DNA of 27,060 bases from Planctomycetota bacterium (lineage in GTDB: Bacteria > Planctomycetota > UBA11346), in assembly GCA_038213805.1 (NCBI GenBank), contig JBBQSO010000072.1, positions 1-27,060 on the forward strand. Reading direction: 5' to 3'. The position numbers and the translations under genes were made by a program. Positions 26,059-27,060 of the stretch are shown in pieces (positions within the stretch are counted from its first letter, which is position 1; the number at the start of each line of letters is the position of its first letter). The notes beneath the pieces are model-generated. The model was not told where the DNA came from. It ran no database searches and was given only the letters and a program-made list of their open reading frames with translations.

Positions 26059-26919
26059 ATGCCCCGCCCAGCGCCGTTCCCGCCGCTCGTCCTCTTCATC
26101 CTGTGCGCGCTCGCGCAGCTGGTCGGCGCCGAGCCCCTGGCGGTGCTGGTGCCGGAGGACGTGCTGGTGGACTACCGCGCTTGGCTCGGCACGCGCGACG
26201 CCGCCACGCTCGACGATTTCGCGGGGCCGGGACTGCGCCGTGACGTGGTCGAGGTGGCGCTGCTGCAGCGTGCGCTGCGCGCCGGCGGGCGCAGCGACGC
26301 CGTGGTGTTCGTCACCGCGCCGAACTACCAGCGTTTTCTCGCCGAACTCGCCGACGGGCAGGCGGCGGTGATCGGGACCTCGGCTTGGCGCGCCGACCTG
26401 GTGGCGCTCGGCGAGCGCGTGCTGCTGAGCCGGCCGGTCATCGCGGACGGCGAGTTCGTGGCCGGCCTCTACACCCGCCCGGACGGACCCGCGCTGGCCG
26501 CCCGCACCCTGGCCGACGTGCGCGGGCTGAGCGCGATCTCCAACCCGGGCTGGACCGCCGACTGGACGGCGCTGGGCGGCCTTGGCCTGCGCGAGCTGCA
26601 GGCCACCACCACCTGGCCGGCGATGGTGCGCATGGTCGGGGCCGGAACCTGCGATTTCCTGCTCGCGCCCTTCCAGGCGACCCCCGACCTCGCGCTGACC
26701 TGCGACGGCACCCGCCTGGTACCGATCCCCGGCTTGAAGATCGCCCTTTCCGGCAGCCGCCACTTCGCCGTCGCCGCGCACCTGCCCGAGGCGGCGGCGC
26801 TGCACGCCGCCCTCGACCGCGGGCTGGCCGTCCTCGCCGCCGCCGGCATCATCCGCCGCGCTTACGAACAGGCGGGCTTCTTCAGCACGCGCACGGCGGA
26901 GTGGACGCGCATACCGTGA
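26059..26919 (+). CDS. Periplasmic solute-binding protein (type 2 PBP, family 3-like)
   Basis: Signal peptide, PNYQRFLAELADG, WTADWTAL, MVRMVGAGTCDFLLAPF, and C-terminal ALDRGLAVLAAAGIIRRAY. Divergent from the kinase. Confidence 0.7.
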   Translation: MPRPAPFPPLVLFILCALAQLVGAEPLAVLVPEDVLVDYRAWLGTRDAATLDDFAGPGLRRDVVEVALLQRALRAGGRSDAVVFVTAPNYQRFLAELADGQAAVIGTSAWRADLVALGERVLLSRPVIADGEFVAGLYTRPDGPALAARTLADVRGLSAISNPGWTADWTALGGLGLRELQATTTWPAMVRMVGAGTCDFLLAPFQATPDLALTCDGTRLVPIPGLKIALSGSRHFAVAAHLPEAAALHAALDRGLAVLAAAGIIRRAYEQAGFFSTRTAEWTRIP

Positions 26920-27060
26920 CAATGCCGTTGACTTAAGCGCACCAGGCCATGACCGGGATCGACATAACCCGTTTATATAAAAGTACTTGACATGCGATTC
27001 TCTCGGGGCCGCCGGGCCTCATGGGCATCTCACATGAGCGCGCGGTCCAGGACGACGTCC

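Noticed and set aside
24644..26371. 575-aa plus-strand ORF, and similar long ORFs at 17126-18616, 19985-20989 and 20943-21827
   Set aside because: Antisense or off-frame shadows of well-supported genes.
27021..27060. Possible gene start at the window edge (ATG 27021 or 27034)
   Set aside because: Too short to assign a frame or product.

Overview
GC-rich bacterial chromosome window. The gene families suggest a PVC/Planctomycetota-like organism (inference only). In order: a partial Cof-type HAD hydrolase; an ECF sigma factor with an overlapping FecR-PA14 anti-sigma-like gene; three large prepilin/pseudopilin-like genes; a secreted GH27 alpha-galactosidase; tRNA-Ala(CGC), ndk and tRNA-Gln(TTG); a fatty-acid desaturase; a small HTH protein; a divergent guanidine-utilisation locus; rplY and prs; an AI-2E transporter; and a hybrid histidine kinase facing a periplasmic binding protein. 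The guanidine locus (11.7-20.0 kb) is the most unusual part. Each arm has its own sigma-54 promoter and its own guanidine-II riboswitch. The carboxylase keeps an intact, guanidine-type carboxyltransferase domain, but its biotin carboxylase is only a degenerate in-frame remnant and it has no biotin-carrier domain. The allophanate hydrolase gene encodes only the C-terminal domain. This is either a decaying pathway or an undescribed split or alternative guanidine-catabolism system. No CRISPR array, integrase or transposase was seen.
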